DNA from: Escherichia coli O127:H6 str. E2348/69
GTDB lineage: Bacteria; Pseudomonadota; Gammaproteobacteria; Enterobacterales; Enterobacteriaceae
Length of the DNA: 64,000 nucleotides
Reading direction: 5' to 3' (one strand)
NCBI RefSeq assembly: GCF_000026545.1
Contig: NC_011601.1
Shown: piece after piece, positions 56,018 through 63,880 of the stretch
Position numbering within the stretch: position 1 is the stretch's first letter
Layout: each line of letters starts with the position of its first letter
Program-made: the position numbers and the translations under genes
The notes under the pieces: model-generated
What the model was told of the DNA's origin: nothing
Databases searched by the model: none
The model's input: the letters and a program-made list of their open reading frames with translations, nothing else

Positions 56018-56029
56018 GTGACATGTCAC
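56018..56029. repeat. Palindrome GTGACATGTCAC (copy 3)
   Basis: Perfect 12-bp palindrome overlapping the stop of the 112-aa gene, 5' of the terminator at 55964-55994. Confidence 0.5.
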
Positions 56030-56364
56030 ACTGATAATTTAGTTTCATGCCAGCCACGAGTTACCCAACATGCCGAATCACCATCGCACGGACACGACTT
56101 AACTGGTAATACATCGCCGCATTTTACGCAGCGGTTAGCACTGATTGACTTGATACGAACACGAACGCGGGCATTATCCTGACGGATAAGCAACGCGATG
56201 TACTCGCTCATATCATACGGCGCACGACCAGGGCGACGGGCGGCGCAGTTACGCGCCAGCATTTCCATTTCCTGCTCGTCGAGTTGCAATTCCATCTTGC
56301 GGTTACCGGCTTCAGCCAGACGGGCACGCTGCGCGGCTTTGCGTTCTGCTGTGGATTTAGCCAC
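56026..56364 (-). CDS. Cys-rich small protein (possible regulator), last early gene
   Basis: 112-aa ORF with GTG start and C-terminal CxxC...CxC motif. Confidence 0.5.
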   Translation of the reverse strand: MAKSTAERKAAQRARLAEAGNRKMELQLDEQEMEMLARNCAARRPGRAPYDMSEYIALLIRQDNARVRVRIKSISANRCVKCGDVLPVKSCPCDGDSACWVTRGWHETKLSV

Positions 56365-56479
56365 GGATAGCGCTCCATGCCAGATTAATTAATGATTCCC
56401 AGGCGATGTAAACCCTGATTCCTGCAGCCACGCCAAACCCGATTATCATGGAGTAAAGCAGAGCGTCGCACTTGGACAT
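56357..56479 (-). CDS. Small hydrophobic protein (40 aa)
   Basis: ATG overlaps the upstream stop (TGATG) and its stop overlaps the downstream GTG start; GGAGGTG ribosome-binding site; below the ORF-track cutoff. Confidence 0.5.
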   Translation of the reverse strand: MSKCDALLYSMIIGFGVAAGIRVYIAWESLINLAWSAIRG

Positions 56480-56901
56480 CACTTCACCTCCTGCTGTGGT
56501 GCTGCTGCTAAATGCTCGACACCTTTAGCCCAAATAGCTTTGATGGTCGTCCATGTGACAGGAACGGTGATTTCAATTCTTCCGCTGCCGTCGCAGGTTT
56601 CGCAATCATCATCACCAAAACACTCTGGGCAGTTTATAAATTTCGTTTCTGAAAACTCACCGGACAACACACCCTTTGCGCCGTTCTCAGCGGTTAGCTT
56701 CTTCGGCACTAGTACGTAACCATCCGGAGATACCGGAGAGTTGCCAGCCTGAAGCATGGCTGCGCGGAGTTGTTGTAGTTCGGCCAGCGCTAGCATTACA
56801 TCATCAATGACAGGCAACTCCATTTCATACAATTCAAGAGAATCCCTAGCCACACGGATAAGTACGCTCAGACGCTCGTCTGTTAGGTTGTTATTGGTCA
56901 T
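56479..56901 (-). CDS. Hypothetical early protein with CxxC...CxxC motif
   Basis: 140-aa ORF with overlapping start and stop codons to its neighbours. Confidence 0.5.
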   Translation of the reverse strand: MTNNNLTDERLSVLIRVARDSLELYEMELPVIDDVMLALAELQQLRAAMLQAGNSPVSPDGYVLVPKKLTAENGAKGVLSGEFSETKFINCPECFGDDDCETCDGSGRIEITVPVTWTTIKAIWAKGVEHLAAAPQQEVK

Positions 56902-57194
56902 TTTTCATCTCCTTTAAGCATGGCGGCGCGGCAGTCACATTCGATGAGTATCGGCTCTCCCCATGGCTGAACGCCGCCACTATCAGCCATTCCGGTGTCG
57001 TTACATTTAGGACAAGGTACTGGCTCCGCACTAAACGATGCAATCACTCCATCAATCACCTTCACAGCATCAGCCATTGCGTAGCCGAGATTGCCTCCGT
57101 CACTTTGTGCTGCTGCTTTGCTGAGTATTTCGCTTATCTGGTGCAGGCGATCGAGTGATACAGGACCGTTCGCCGGGTGGTTGTTAGTTGTCAT
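56898..57194 (-). CDS. Hypothetical early protein, Cys-rich
   Basis: 98-aa ORF. Confidence 0.5.
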   Translation of the reverse strand: MTTNNHPANGPVSLDRLHQISEILSKAAAQSDGGNLGYAMADAVKVIDGVIASFSAEPVPCPKCNDTGMADSGGVQPWGEPILIECDCRAAMLKGDEK

Positions 57195-57204
57195 GGGTTA
57201 GTCC

Positions 57205-57411
57205 TCAGTTGTAACCAATCGGATTAACTGCAACCAGAACGCCGTCTGCGAACAGGTCTTTAATAATGTGCTCACACGGCTCGCCTGTTTCGTACTCTTC
57301 AACCAGGTACGTGTCGCCATCTTCATTGAGATAAACAGGAAAGATGGAACCATTGATAAAGTAGGTGCCGTTGTTATCAAGAATCTTTGCTTCTGCAATT
57401 TGTGTTTTCAT
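57205..57411 (-). CDS. Hypothetical early protein
   Basis: ORF 57205..57438; start placed at MKTQIAEAK (GGAGG ribosome-binding site). Confidence 0.5.
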   Translation of the reverse strand: MKTQIAEAKILDNNGTYFINGSIFPVYLNEDGDTYLVEEYETGEPCEHIIKDLFADGVLVAVNPIGYN

Positions 57412-57413
57412 TG

Positions 57414-57665
57414 TTAGTCCTCCCACTCTGTATCCCATTCAACCCAAGCGCCTTCACCATCAGCCTCGATAACACCCTGATTGCCACACTGCGGACACTT
57501 AACCAGGTCACCGCCGTAAAGGTATGTCCCTGCCAATGAGCGACTGATAACTTCAATCCCCTTGCTGCACTGGCAGTGTTCGCACGAATTAAGCCAGTCA
57601 ACGCGATATAACACTGGCTCCCACAACATGGTTTTGCTCTCACTTTGGAACAGCAATCTGCTCAT
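57414..57665 (-). CDS. Zinc-ribbon-like small protein
   Basis: 83-aa ORF with CEHCQC and CPQC motifs. Confidence 0.5.
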   Translation of the reverse strand: MSRLLFQSESKTMLWEPVLYRVDWLNSCEHCQCSKGIEVISRSLAGTYLYGGDLVKCPQCGNQGVIEADGEGAWVEWDTEWED

Positions 57666-57964
57666 ATCTCCCCCTTCACGCCAATGCCAGCGGCGCTTTC
57701 TAACAAGTCGTCAGCGGCCTGAATATCAGCGCCATCCAGCGATGCGCCATCAGCCGCAGCACGGAAACAGGTTTTGACAAATTCCTTCAGCCCCGCATTC
57801 TCCGCAGCCAGAGCATTACTACGAGCAAGTTGCACATCCAACTGCGTTGCCAGATCGCTAATCAGTTGTGCCACGTCTCGCACATCGACGGCGCCGCATG
57901 ATGCCTTCAGCTCTGCGGACTGATCATGTCCGCGCTTTACCAGATCACTCACTTTGCATTCCAT
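57662..57964 (-). CDS. Hypothetical early protein
   Basis: 100-aa ORF. Confidence 0.5.
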   Translation of the reverse strand: MECKVSDLVKRGHDQSAELKASCGAVDVRDVAQLISDLATQLDVQLARSNALAAENAGLKEFVKTCFRAAADGASLDGADIQAADDLLESAAGIGVKGEI

Positions 57965-58025
57965 CTTTACCCCCGCTTACCCGTATAAGTTATTGATTAC
58001 GTTGATATCCAAAAGGATCATCGTT

Positions 58026-58367
58026 TCAGAACGTTTCGCAGTTCCAGCCACCACCTTTGCTTTTCGGTATTGGCTTTAGCGCTCTAAACGTGAATGGGTA
58101 CATGTCTGCGGCTACCTTGATTTTCACCCTGGCGTCATCAGTCCAGAACCCTTTCACCTCGTGCAATTCCATCTCTCCGGTGGTTAGCATCACCGCGAAG
58201 TCCGGCGTGTAGAACGTGTTATCAGCCAGCCTCAGCTTGATGCCCTCAAATTTGTACCAGGCTACGACAGTGCCGGTTATGCGCTTTAGGTGTGCCGCAT
58301 AAGCCTCTTCCGTCTTGTTCATCTGGCCTGTCTTGAGCCTTCCGAGCGCCTGCAACTGCCTTTTCAT
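58026..58367 (-). CDS. Hypothetical early protein
   Basis: 113-aa ORF with GAGAGG ribosome-binding site. Confidence 0.5.
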   Translation of the reverse strand: MKRQLQALGRLKTGQMNKTEEAYAAHLKRITGTVVAWYKFEGIKLRLADNTFYTPDFAVMLTTGEMELHEVKGFWTDDARVKIKVAADMYPFTFRALKPIPKSKGGGWNCETF

Positions 58368-58369
58368 GA

Positions 58370-58448
58370 TTTACCTCTCAGGTAATTTAAAACCACAAAC
58401 GAGTTAATTTCAATAGCAATGCGCATATTTTATTACCTTTTTGGTAAT
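58370..58448. promoter_or_regulatory. Two operator-type palindromes (TTTACC-N5-GGTAAT and ATTACC-N5-GGTAAT)
   Basis: Sites at 58370-58386 and 58432-58448 between the P-like gene and the 113-aa gene. Confidence 0.45.
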
Positions 58449-58484
58449 TCACCAGATGTAAAAAAATGCGCTACTGCGCCGGTA

Positions 58485-59225
58485 TTACTTGATGAGTCCC
58501 GCTGCCTTCCCTCGTCTGTATTCCTCCATAAGCCACTGTGCCGGTGTTATCCCTCCCAGGGTGGCTGCGTTCGGCATGCATCCGAAACTTCGCCCTGGTG
58601 GATGATAGGCGTTACCTGAGCCTGTTGGTGGTGTGCTCATTGGTTCTGGCTTGGCCTGTATGCTGAGTATTGGATCTGGAATCTGGTGACCGGATGCCAC
58701 TTTTGCCGACCATTCATCCAGCAGCTTTCGCGCATGCTTCTCGACTTCAGCCTCACTCAGTTGTCGCTGATACATCGCCCTGCGGGTATCACACACAATC
58801 CAGTACATGACCGGGTGGCGCCACGGGAATCTCTCGGGTCCACCAGGCTGGAGGCTTTTCTCTTTGGCGTAACGGTGAAACTCACCCATCACGTCTTCGA
58901 TGCTGATTCCCAGCACCATCTTGCTGTCTTTGCACCACTTGATGAATTGCCCAGGCGAAGGCCAGAACGGTGATTCACTGGCGCGGGCATGGCGCATTCC
59001 TGCCGATACCTGCTCACGGGTACGAACACCACCTTCAGCGAATGCAGCGATCCACTGCTGTTTTGCCGCTGTCTCCTGTGCCGGAGTCTTCAGGTTGGTC
59101 TGTTCTGCTGCCGGGAATAGCTGCTTAAGCTGTTTAAACAGGGCATCCACAAGTCGCTCTGCCGTAATGTTCACAACGTTGTCGCTACCTGCATACTGAC
59201 GGTCTGATCCGGTTAATTGGGCCAT
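58485..59225 (-). CDS. Replication protein P-like (helicase loader)
   Basis: ORF 58485..59285; SPFWPSPGQFIKWCKD matches lambda P RPFLPSPGQFVAWCRE; start uncertain (59225 ATG or 59285 GTG). Confidence 0.65.
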   Translation of the reverse strand: MAQLTGSDRQYAGSDNVVNITAERLVDALFKQLKQLFPAAEQTNLKTPAQETAAKQQWIAAFAEGGVRTREQVSAGMRHARASESPFWPSPGQFIKWCKDSKMVLGISIEDVMGEFHRYAKEKSLQPGGPERFPWRHPVMYWIVCDTRRAMYQRQLSEAEVEKHARKLLDEWSAKVASGHQIPDPILSIQAKPEPMSTPPTGSGNAYHPPGRSFGCMPNAATLGGITPAQWLMEEYRRGKAAGLIK

Positions 59226-59266
59226 AGCCTCAGCGTCTCGGTTCTGGATGGCGGTAAATACGTTAT

Positions 59267-60073
59267 TCACAGGAAATCCTCCCACGCCTCTGGACTGTTC
59301 CAGTGCGGTACGTTGTTTTCAGGTGAGGTCAGTTTGTTCTGTCTGCTGATCTGCAGACGTCTGGCAAGTTTTTGCTCCCATTGCGCATGGTGGAAAGCCT
59401 TACCCTCGGCCATCCAGTAAACCCTGAACTCTGCAAGCTCCTGCGGTGTTGGCTGGCAATCCAGGTTAATACCCTGCAGAGATGACACCCGGAGAAAATC
59501 ATCCGATGGTGACCAGAGCTCATGCATGACAAATTTCCCGAATTGCCCAAGTCCACCAGGAGGGACAAAGTTGTTAATTACGGCGTTGTTGGCGTCAGGT
59601 TCAGGCGGTACTAAACCACCAGTTTTATCGCCCCTCTCCTTCTCTTGGTTATATGACTGGTTAACTGATAGGTTCTGCATCCCGTTTTTGGGATCATTCA
59701 ACTTCCCGTTTTTGGGATCATTCAACTTCCCGTTTTTGGGTATACTCCCAATTTTGGTAACATTACCGTTTTTGGGTATACTCCCAATTTTGGTAACATT
59801 ACCGTTTTTGGGTATGTTTAAAGAGAAAACCCGGACCCTTCTTGTTGCCCCTTTTCTTTCTCCTGTATCTGAAATTAACCCCATACCGATGAGCGAAATC
59901 AGCCCTGCCTGAACCGTTTTTTTATTCAGGCTTGTGTCGGTAACCAGGCGTTCGATGCTTGGATAACACAGGTTATATTCATCGGCTCGATCAGCCATCG
60001 AGAGCAGGATGAGTTTCAGTGATGAGCTGCCCGGATTTGTTTTCCATGCCCACTCTGTTGCGTGTCTGCTCAT
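59267..60073 (-). CDS. Replication initiator O-like, with iterons inside the gene
   Basis: 268-aa ORF whose central region is encoded by tandem repeats (IPKNGNVTKIGS, KLNDPKNG); located upstream of the P-like gene. Confidence 0.65.
   Translation of the reverse strand: MSRHATEWAWKTNPGSSSLKLILLSMADRADEYNLCYPSIERLVTDTSLNKKTVQAGLISLIGMGLISDTGERKGATRRVRVFSLNIPKNGNVTKIGSIPKNGNVTKIGSIPKNGKLNDPKNGKLNDPKNGMQNLSVNQSYNQEKERGDKTGGLVPPEPDANNAVINNFVPPGGLGQFGKFVMHELWSPSDDFLRVSSLQGINLDCQPTPQELAEFRVYWMAEGKAFHHAQWEQKLARRLQISRQNKLTSPENNVPHWNSPEAWEDFL
59681..59812. repeat. Iteron array (candidate origin of replication)
   Basis: Five copies of CCGTTTTTGGG spaced 24, 24, 36 and 36 bp; the 36-bp units each contain GGTAACATTACC. 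Confidence 0.6.
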
Positions 60074-60088
60074 GGTAAATACCTGTCG

Positions 60089-60289
60089 TCAGCTTGAATG
60101 TTGCAGGCTGGCTTCGGCCATGAGCTGCTTTATTTCTGCCTGGCGGCGCAGGCTTGTGTTGATGGCGCACGTAACGCAGTGCCCGTTATAAACATAACGT
60201 TCACTGTCATGACCATGCTTACACTGCTTGCCGGTGTAATAACGCTTAAGACCTGCCTTTGCAGCGTCAATACGAGTAATAATCTCCAT
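60089..60289 (-). CDS. Small Cys/His-rich protein at the cII-equivalent position
   Basis: 66-aa ORF containing CKHGH...HCVTC, between the cro-like and O-like genes. Confidence 0.45.
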   Translation of the reverse strand: MEIITRIDAAKAGLKRYYTGKQCKHGHDSERYVYNGHCVTCAINTSLRRQAEIKQLMAEASLQHSS

Positions 60290-60436
60290 TGCACAACCTC
60301 ATTACCGTTTACTATTACGATGATTTTGATGCAGGAAGAAAAAAAGATCAACCGTATATGGTTTTTTATTACCAGAAAGGTGTTTTATGCAGGAAGGAGC
60401 CGCCATGGTATGACGGCATTGATGGGTTCAGAGGGA

Positions 60437-60670
60437 TTATCGGTCGTAGAAGAAGAGCACTAATTCAGGTTTAGACTTTGTCCATTCGCGGGAGCGACAC
60501 GCTTTAAAAAGACCTTCCATCAGACGCTTACCCGGCATCTTACGGCGACCGGTCAGGTGCGTCTGGATGTAATGACTGGTGGTACCGGCTTCAACTGCAA
60601 ATGCTTCACGCTCATCAGGAGACAGCCCCAGCCAGTGCTTTTTGAAATCAAATTTTTTTTCGTCACTCAT
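60437..60670 (-). CDS. Cro-like HTH regulator
   Basis: 77-aa ORF, first gene of the leftward operon, divergent from the repressor gene. Confidence 0.65.
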   Translation of the reverse strand: MSDEKKFDFKKHWLGLSPDEREAFAVEAGTTSHYIQTHLTGRRKMPGKRLMEGLFKACRSREWTKSKPELVLFFYDR

Positions 60671-60704
60671 ATTTTGCTTATCTCAGCCTGTCTATTCATA
60701 TCTG

Positions 60705-60772
60705 AATTATTACCTTTCTGGTGAAAAAATCAATGATTATTACCATTATGGTAACTTTACCTTTATGGTAAT
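60705..60772. promoter_or_regulatory. OR-like region: three operator palindromes plus leftward promoter
   Basis: Sites at 60709-60725, 60739-60755 and 60756-60772; minus-strand TTGATT-N17-ATAATT promoter at 60705-60733 with the first site in its spacer. Confidence 0.6.
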
Positions 60773-60825
60773 ATTCATTTAAATTTAGAAGGTTAGGTAA
60801 TAATAAATGGGCAAATACAATAGCT

Positions 60826-61422
60826 ATGAAAAGTATTTATGACATAAGACGCAAAAACCTTAACGAAATCATTCGCCGGGATTTCGATGACACCCAGTTA
60901 CGCTTTGCAGAACGGGTGAAGCGTTCGCAGAACCTGGTCAACAGGTGGTGTACTGGTATCAAAAATATCGGACCTAATGCCGCGCGTATCATCGAAGAAG
61001 CAGCCCGCAAAGAAAAGTTCTGGCTTGATGTCGATCACGAACTGGACGCAGTACAGGATGATATCTTTATTCCGGCCACTGAAGATGGAGAATGGACTGT
61101 AGAGAAGCAGGCCGCCGCCACGCTCAATGCCTGGATGAGAAAGAACAGTGAAATGACATCCGAAAAGAAAGTTGCTGTTGCAGCTGGCATTGGACCTGCC
61201 ACCGTTAACCGCATCATGAAAGCGGAAGTCAGCACAACCATCGGCGTTCTTTCCTCCCTGGCGCGCGCGTTCGGGCATGAAGCATACGAGATGATTATTC
61301 CCGTCGGCTCACCTGGTGTTATCGACTATGACCACCGGATGTATGCAGCCCTGCCACAGGAAGAGAAAAACAAGATCACCTCATTCATCAACTTCGTGTT
61401 TGAGCAGAACAAAAGCAAGTAA
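60826..61422 (+). CDS. Prophage repressor (CI-equivalent) without S24 peptidase domain
   Basis: 198-aa ORF divergent from cro-like gene; HTH-like segments; no Ala-Gly / Ser-Lys autocleavage signature seen. Confidence 0.55.
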   Translation: MKSIYDIRRKNLNEIIRRDFDDTQLRFAERVKRSQNLVNRWCTGIKNIGPNAARIIEEAARKEKFWLDVDHELDAVQDDIFIPATEDGEWTVEKQAAATLNAWMRKNSEMTSEKKVAVAAGIGPATVNRIMKAEVSTTIGVLSSLARAFGHEAYEMIIPVGSPGVIDYDHRMYAALPQEEKNKITSFINFVFEQNKSK

Positions 61423-61479
61423 TCCCCCGCCATTCTGACGCTTTACCTGCCCAATGGCGGTAGGCTCACGCCTCACTCA

Positions 61480-61634
61480 ATTACCAAAATGGTAATTTTT
61501 TCTCGTCATACCTATTGACACAATCACTTTTTGATCTGATTATTACCTAAAAGGTAATACAAGAGCGCATTGCTCAGGCAGAAACCACCACTTCGTGGCT
61601 TTCCTGTATCTACTAGTATTACCAAAATGGTAAT
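61480..61634. promoter_or_regulatory. OL-like region: three operator palindromes plus rightward promoter
   Basis: Sites at 61480-61496, 61542-61558 and 61618-61634; plus-strand TTGACA-N17-GATTAT promoter at 61515-61543. Confidence 0.6.
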
Positions 61635-61646
61635 AGCGAGGTTTGT

Positions 61647-61796
61647 ATGCAGTGGAAAATCATCAACGGTTGGTACTGCGTTACAGCTTGCGGGCTGATG
61701 AGCTGGAAGTTCCGCACGCTGGGTGAAGCAATGAACTGGGTATTCGTCAGCAAGCTGGCGGTAAAAACAGAAATGGATATGGGGGTGAGCAAGTGA
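61647..61796 (+). CDS. Small protein (49 aa), first gene of the rightward operon
   Basis: ATG at 61647 with GAGG ribosome-binding site; stop overlaps the GTG start of the next gene (GTGA); below the ORF-track cutoff. Confidence 0.5.
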   Translation: MQWKIINGWYCVTACGLMSWKFRTLGEAMNWVFVSKLAVKTEMDMGVSK

Positions 61797-62752
61797 GCGA
61801 ATTAGCAATTATCGAAATTGCGCCGGACATGGCGCCAAGTATTTACGTAGAAAACGGTCTGGAAAAGTTCCTCGAACAGATCCGCGAAAGCGTTAAGGAA
61901 GTTCCTGACCTGAGTACTGCCAAAGGTCGTGCCCGCATTGCATCTCTGGCAGCACAGGTTTCTCGCAGTAAAACAGCAGTTGAAAAGCCTGGCCGCGATT
62001 ACCTTCGTCATCTGAAAGAAGCCGTCAAACCTGCTGAGGCTGAACTTCGTCGATTTGTATCAGCTTGCGATGAGATGCGCGATGAAGTTCGCCGCCCGCT
62101 TACCGAATGGGAAGCAGAACAAGAACGCATCAAGGCAGAAGAAGCCATGAACGCGATGCACGTCGAAGCGCTGGAGATGAACATTAAGTTCGACCAGGAG
62201 CTGGCGGCCAAGTTCGAAGCAGATCACGAAATGGCATTGCTGATGAATGACGCATTCGACCGCGAAGCGAAGGCGAAAGCAGAAGAAGCAGAACGCCAGC
62301 GCATTGCTCATGAAGAAGAGTTGAAGCGCCAGTCAGAAGAAAAGGCCAAGCGTGAAGCTGAAGAGAAAATCGAACGCGAACGCGCTGAATCTGCACGTCG
62401 CGAGGCTGAATTAAAGTTCAAGGCTGAGCAAGCAGAGCGTGACCGTATTGCCGCAGAGCAAAAAGCTGAAGCAGAGAAGAAGGAAGCCGCTGATCGTGCC
62501 GAGCGCGAAAAGCAGGAAGCTATCGCAGCCGAACAACGCAAAGCCGAAGCAAAAGATGCTGCTCGCCTGGCTGAAGAGAAGCGAATCGCTGATGAAGCTG
62601 CAGCGCGCGCCGCTGATGTAGAGCATCGTCGCGCTATTAATGCCTCTGCTGTTCAGGCTCTGATCGAGCAGGGCATTCCAGAAGACTGGGCCAAAGCCTG
62701 CGTAGTCGCTATCGCTCGCGGGAAAGTTCCGGCAACAACCATCAACTACTGA
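61793..62752 (+). CDS. Coiled-coil protein in the recombination operon
   Basis: 319-aa ORF with long E/K/A/R-rich helical region. Confidence 0.5.
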   Translation: MSELAIIEIAPDMAPSIYVENGLEKFLEQIRESVKEVPDLSTAKGRARIASLAAQVSRSKTAVEKPGRDYLRHLKEAVKPAEAELRRFVSACDEMRDEVRRPLTEWEAEQERIKAEEAMNAMHVEALEMNIKFDQELAAKFEADHEMALLMNDAFDREAKAKAEEAERQRIAHEEELKRQSEEKAKREAEEKIERERAESARREAELKFKAEQAERDRIAAEQKAEAEKKEAADRAEREKQEAIAAEQRKAEAKDAARLAEEKRIADEAAARAADVEHRRAINASAVQALIEQGIPEDWAKACVVAIARGKVPATTINY

Positions 62753-62759
62753 GGTGGCT

Positions 62760-63062
62760 ATGCACATTCAGCAATTCAATAACCTGAAAAAAATAGCCGC
62801 TCAGTTCAGCAGCGACTACCAGCTGTCATCAGAACTGTATGACCGCCACGTTGAGCTGATCGAAGCAGTCGCTGGTTGCGAAATGGAAGAGTCATTCAAA
62901 CGCGCCATTCTCCGTGCCGGTGTTCGCTATGAAGTTCTGGAGGCGGCATTTGAAAGTGATGATTTCGAAGAGCTGATGTCGTCATTCAAACGTGAATTGA
63001 CTGGCGTCATCGCACGTCTTGACCTTGCTGACCAGATCGACAGCAAAAGGAATGCAGCATGA
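62760..63062 (+). CDS. Hypothetical protein
   Basis: ORF 62754..63062; ATG at 62760. Confidence 0.5.
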   Translation: MHIQQFNNLKKIAAQFSSDYQLSSELYDRHVELIEAVAGCEMEESFKRAILRAGVRYEVLEAAFESDDFEELMSSFKRELTGVIARLDLADQIDSKRNAA

Positions 63063-63880
63063 ATACCGGTATCTATTTCGACATCAGCAATGAGGACTAC
63101 CACGACGGTGACGGAGTGAGTAAGTCACAACTGGATATGGTAGCCAAGAACCCTGCCCTTCTGAAATGGGTCAAGGCAGCGCCGGAAGATGAAGAGAAAA
63201 AATCGGCACTGGACATGGGTACCGCCCTGCACTGCCTGCTACTGGAGCCGAAGGAATTCGATAAGCGTTTCATCGTGGCGCCACAGTTCAACCGCCGCAC
63301 AAATCAGGGAAAAGCAGACGAAGAAGCATTCCTGAAAGACGTTGCCGACATGGGTATGACGGTGATGGATGCCGAGCAGGGCCGGAAGCTGAAACTGATG
63401 CGCGACAGCGCAATGGCTCACCCGGCGGCGCGCTGGATGCTGGAAGCGCCAGGACACTGTGAAGCATCGATGTACTGGAATGACGAAGATACTGGCGAAC
63501 TGTGCCGAATCCGTCCGGATAAATGGCTGAACGAGCACAACGTGATCGTCGATGTGAAAAAGGTTGCAGACATGGATCGCTTTGCCCGTCACATCGAGGA
63601 ATTCCGCTACCACGTCCAGGACGCCATGTACCGCGAAGGCGCACTGAAAGTAACCGGGCAGCCACACGGATTCTTCTTTCTGGCTGTGAGCGAAACCATC
63701 GACTGCGGTCGATACCCTGTCCGCGTGTTCGAGCTGGATGCGCCAGATGTTGACGCCGGGCATCAGTTATTCCGCCGGGATCTGAACACCTATCACGAAT
63801 GCCGCATCAGCGATGAATGGGGCGGCGTGGAAATTATTAAACGCCCTGAATGGGCACGAAAACAGGATATGTACGTATGA
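63059..63880 (+). CDS. PD-(D/E)XK-type exonuclease-like protein
   Basis: 273-aa ORF; N-terminus MNTGIYFDISNEDYH and acidic motifs recall RecE/YqaJ-type phage exonucleases. Confidence 0.55.
   Translation: MNTGIYFDISNEDYHDGDGVSKSQLDMVAKNPALLKWVKAAPEDEEKKSALDMGTALHCLLLEPKEFDKRFIVAPQFNRRTNQGKADEEAFLKDVADMGMTVMDAEQGRKLKLMRDSAMAHPAARWMLEAPGHCEASMYWNDEDTGELCRIRPDKWLNEHNVIVDVKKVADMDRFARHIEEFRYHVQDAMYREGALKVTGQPHGFFFLAVSETIDCGRYPVRVFELDAPDVDAGHQLFRRDLNTYHECRISDEWGGVEIIKRPEWARKQDMYV

Noticed and set aside
35732-56029. Reading the GTGACAYGTCAC palindromes as CRP binding sites
   Set aside because: The half-sites are CRP-like but separated by 4 bp rather than 6 bp, and the sites sit at operon ends, not promoters.
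59681-59812. Tandem repeats as a possible CRISPR array
   Set aside because: The repeats are short, imperfect, lie inside a coding gene encoding a repeated peptide, and have no unique spacers or cas genes; they are replication iterons.
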